Of a DNA stretch of 64,000 nt, positions 62,639 to 64,000 are shown piece by piece. The DNA comes from the human T2T-CHM13v2.0 reference genome, Homo sapiens. Under the pieces are notes generated by a model, which was given only the letters and a program-made list of their open reading frames with translations, searched no databases and was not told where the DNA came from. The stretch lies in the NCBI RefSeq assembly GCF_009914755.1, contig NC_060937.1, one strand, 5' to 3'. The stretch's first letter is position 1, and every line of letters starts with the position of its first letter. A program made the position numbers and the translations under genes.

Positions 62639-63439
62639 GTCAGTCCCCTAATGCCTTTCAGTGGACACATGAATAAACAAATTAATACCTTCATTAATAT
62701 AGGGGCCCCATTATATAAGGGCCTAGAATTGAATCATTTAAAAATCACATGAATAGCAATCATTTTAAAATCACATGAATTTTAAATCATTTGATTTTAA
62801 ATTGAATCATTTTAAAATCACATGAATAGCAAAACAAATATAAAATTTTTGTAACATCTACTAAAATTTAGTGACTATTAAATAGAGATATGCATTTTCA
62901 TAGACAAAAGCTTCCTTGCTGCTTACAACCCTTTCAAAAAGCCAAAAAAAGAAAGCAAAATAATAACAGAAATTTTATGGGGTCATCAGATTGATTGATT
63001 TGGCTTAAAATGTAAAAAACACACACACGCAACAAAACTAGCCAGAACAAGAAAAATACTTTTGTCCTAACAATTTCAAATGCTTGATATCATTCACGTT
63101 CTGAGATGCACATCTTTGGTGATGGCTTGTTTTTTTTGTTTTTTTTTCGGTAGAGAAAATGTGTTGCTGTAACAAAACCGTAAAAAGCTGTGTGAGATGG
63201 AATCTGGAGTATCTAAAGGTATTTAAAATAAATATCTCTGCCCTTATTTCTACCCCTGAGTTTAGGAATTTTGAAAACAGATGTCTTCTATCAAAGAGAG
63301 TAGCAGATTTTTTTTCTTCTTTAACTTGGCAGGGACATTTGCATTTTCTATACTCTCAATTCCCTAATAGGGAAGGAGTTTGTTTTTGTTTTTTTCTCTT
63401 GCATTTTTCCTGATTTAGAGCTGTACCCTGAGGGATAGA

Positions 63440-63905
63440 GATAGTATGGTGCACTGGTTAAGTTTGGTCATGGGTTTTATTGTCCGACAGTTCTAAGTTC
63501 AAATCCCAGATCACATAATAATAAAAGCTAATTTCTGTGGAGAGCTTATGAGGTGTCCACCTTTGGTATAATGTTTTTTGCATGAATTATTTCAATATCA
63601 TTTGATTTTTCACAACTTAATCGATATCATTATGCATATTTTTAGACAAGAAAACTGATATTTAAGGTATTAAGAAAATTTATCGAAGACATTCAGCTAG
63701 TAAGTGGAAAGATGAGATTTGAATGCAGGTCTGTTTAATTCCAGAACCATGTTTTACCCACTAAACTCTAACCACCTACTAATTGTGACCTTAGACATGC
63801 TCCTGCACGTCTCTGCATCTTGTTATATTATTGTAGGGATGAATTAATATTTGTAAAACATTTAGGACACAGTGCCTGATATAAAGTAAGCTTCAATAAA
63901 TCATA
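63440..63905. mobile_element. MIR (+) apparently interrupted by an antisense MIR (~63515-63765)
   Basis: gttcaaatcccag | antisense core (aagaaaactga…gatttgaatgcaggtctg) | actaattgtgaccttagac…taaaacatttaggacacagtgcctga. Confidence 0.6.
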
Positions 63906-64000
63906 ACCTCAAAATGGTTGTGTTTGCCTTGTCTGTTAGACAATCAGAAAAAATTGTATTTTATATGTATCCACATATTTATATTTCATATATCCTTCAT

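Overview
This is AT-rich, CpG-depleted primate (human-like) non-coding DNA, intergenic or deep intronic. It is dominated by fossil transposable elements: about 20 Alus/FLAMs, several 5'-truncated L1s (the largest is a ~3.96 kb L1PA with an 18-bp TSD and a broken ORF2), a MER61-type ERV1 provirus 3' half, solo LTRs (LTR12, THE1, MST, MLT1, MER57-like), DNA transposon relics, L2/MIR, a probable HAL1, and micro/minisatellites. I find no host protein-coding exon, RNA gene, CpG island or CRISPR array. The long ORFs are L1 ORF2 fragments or Alu read-throughs. I cannot support a new biological system here. The most interesting signals are mutational footprints: a 76-bp dispersed duplication, a template-switch scar, two L1 3' ends sharing non-consensus variants, microhomology at an L1 5' junction, target-site re-use, and a microsatellite born inside a TSD. 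Repeat subfamily names come from recalled consensus sequences, not from a RepeatMasker run, and boundaries of old elements are approximate.
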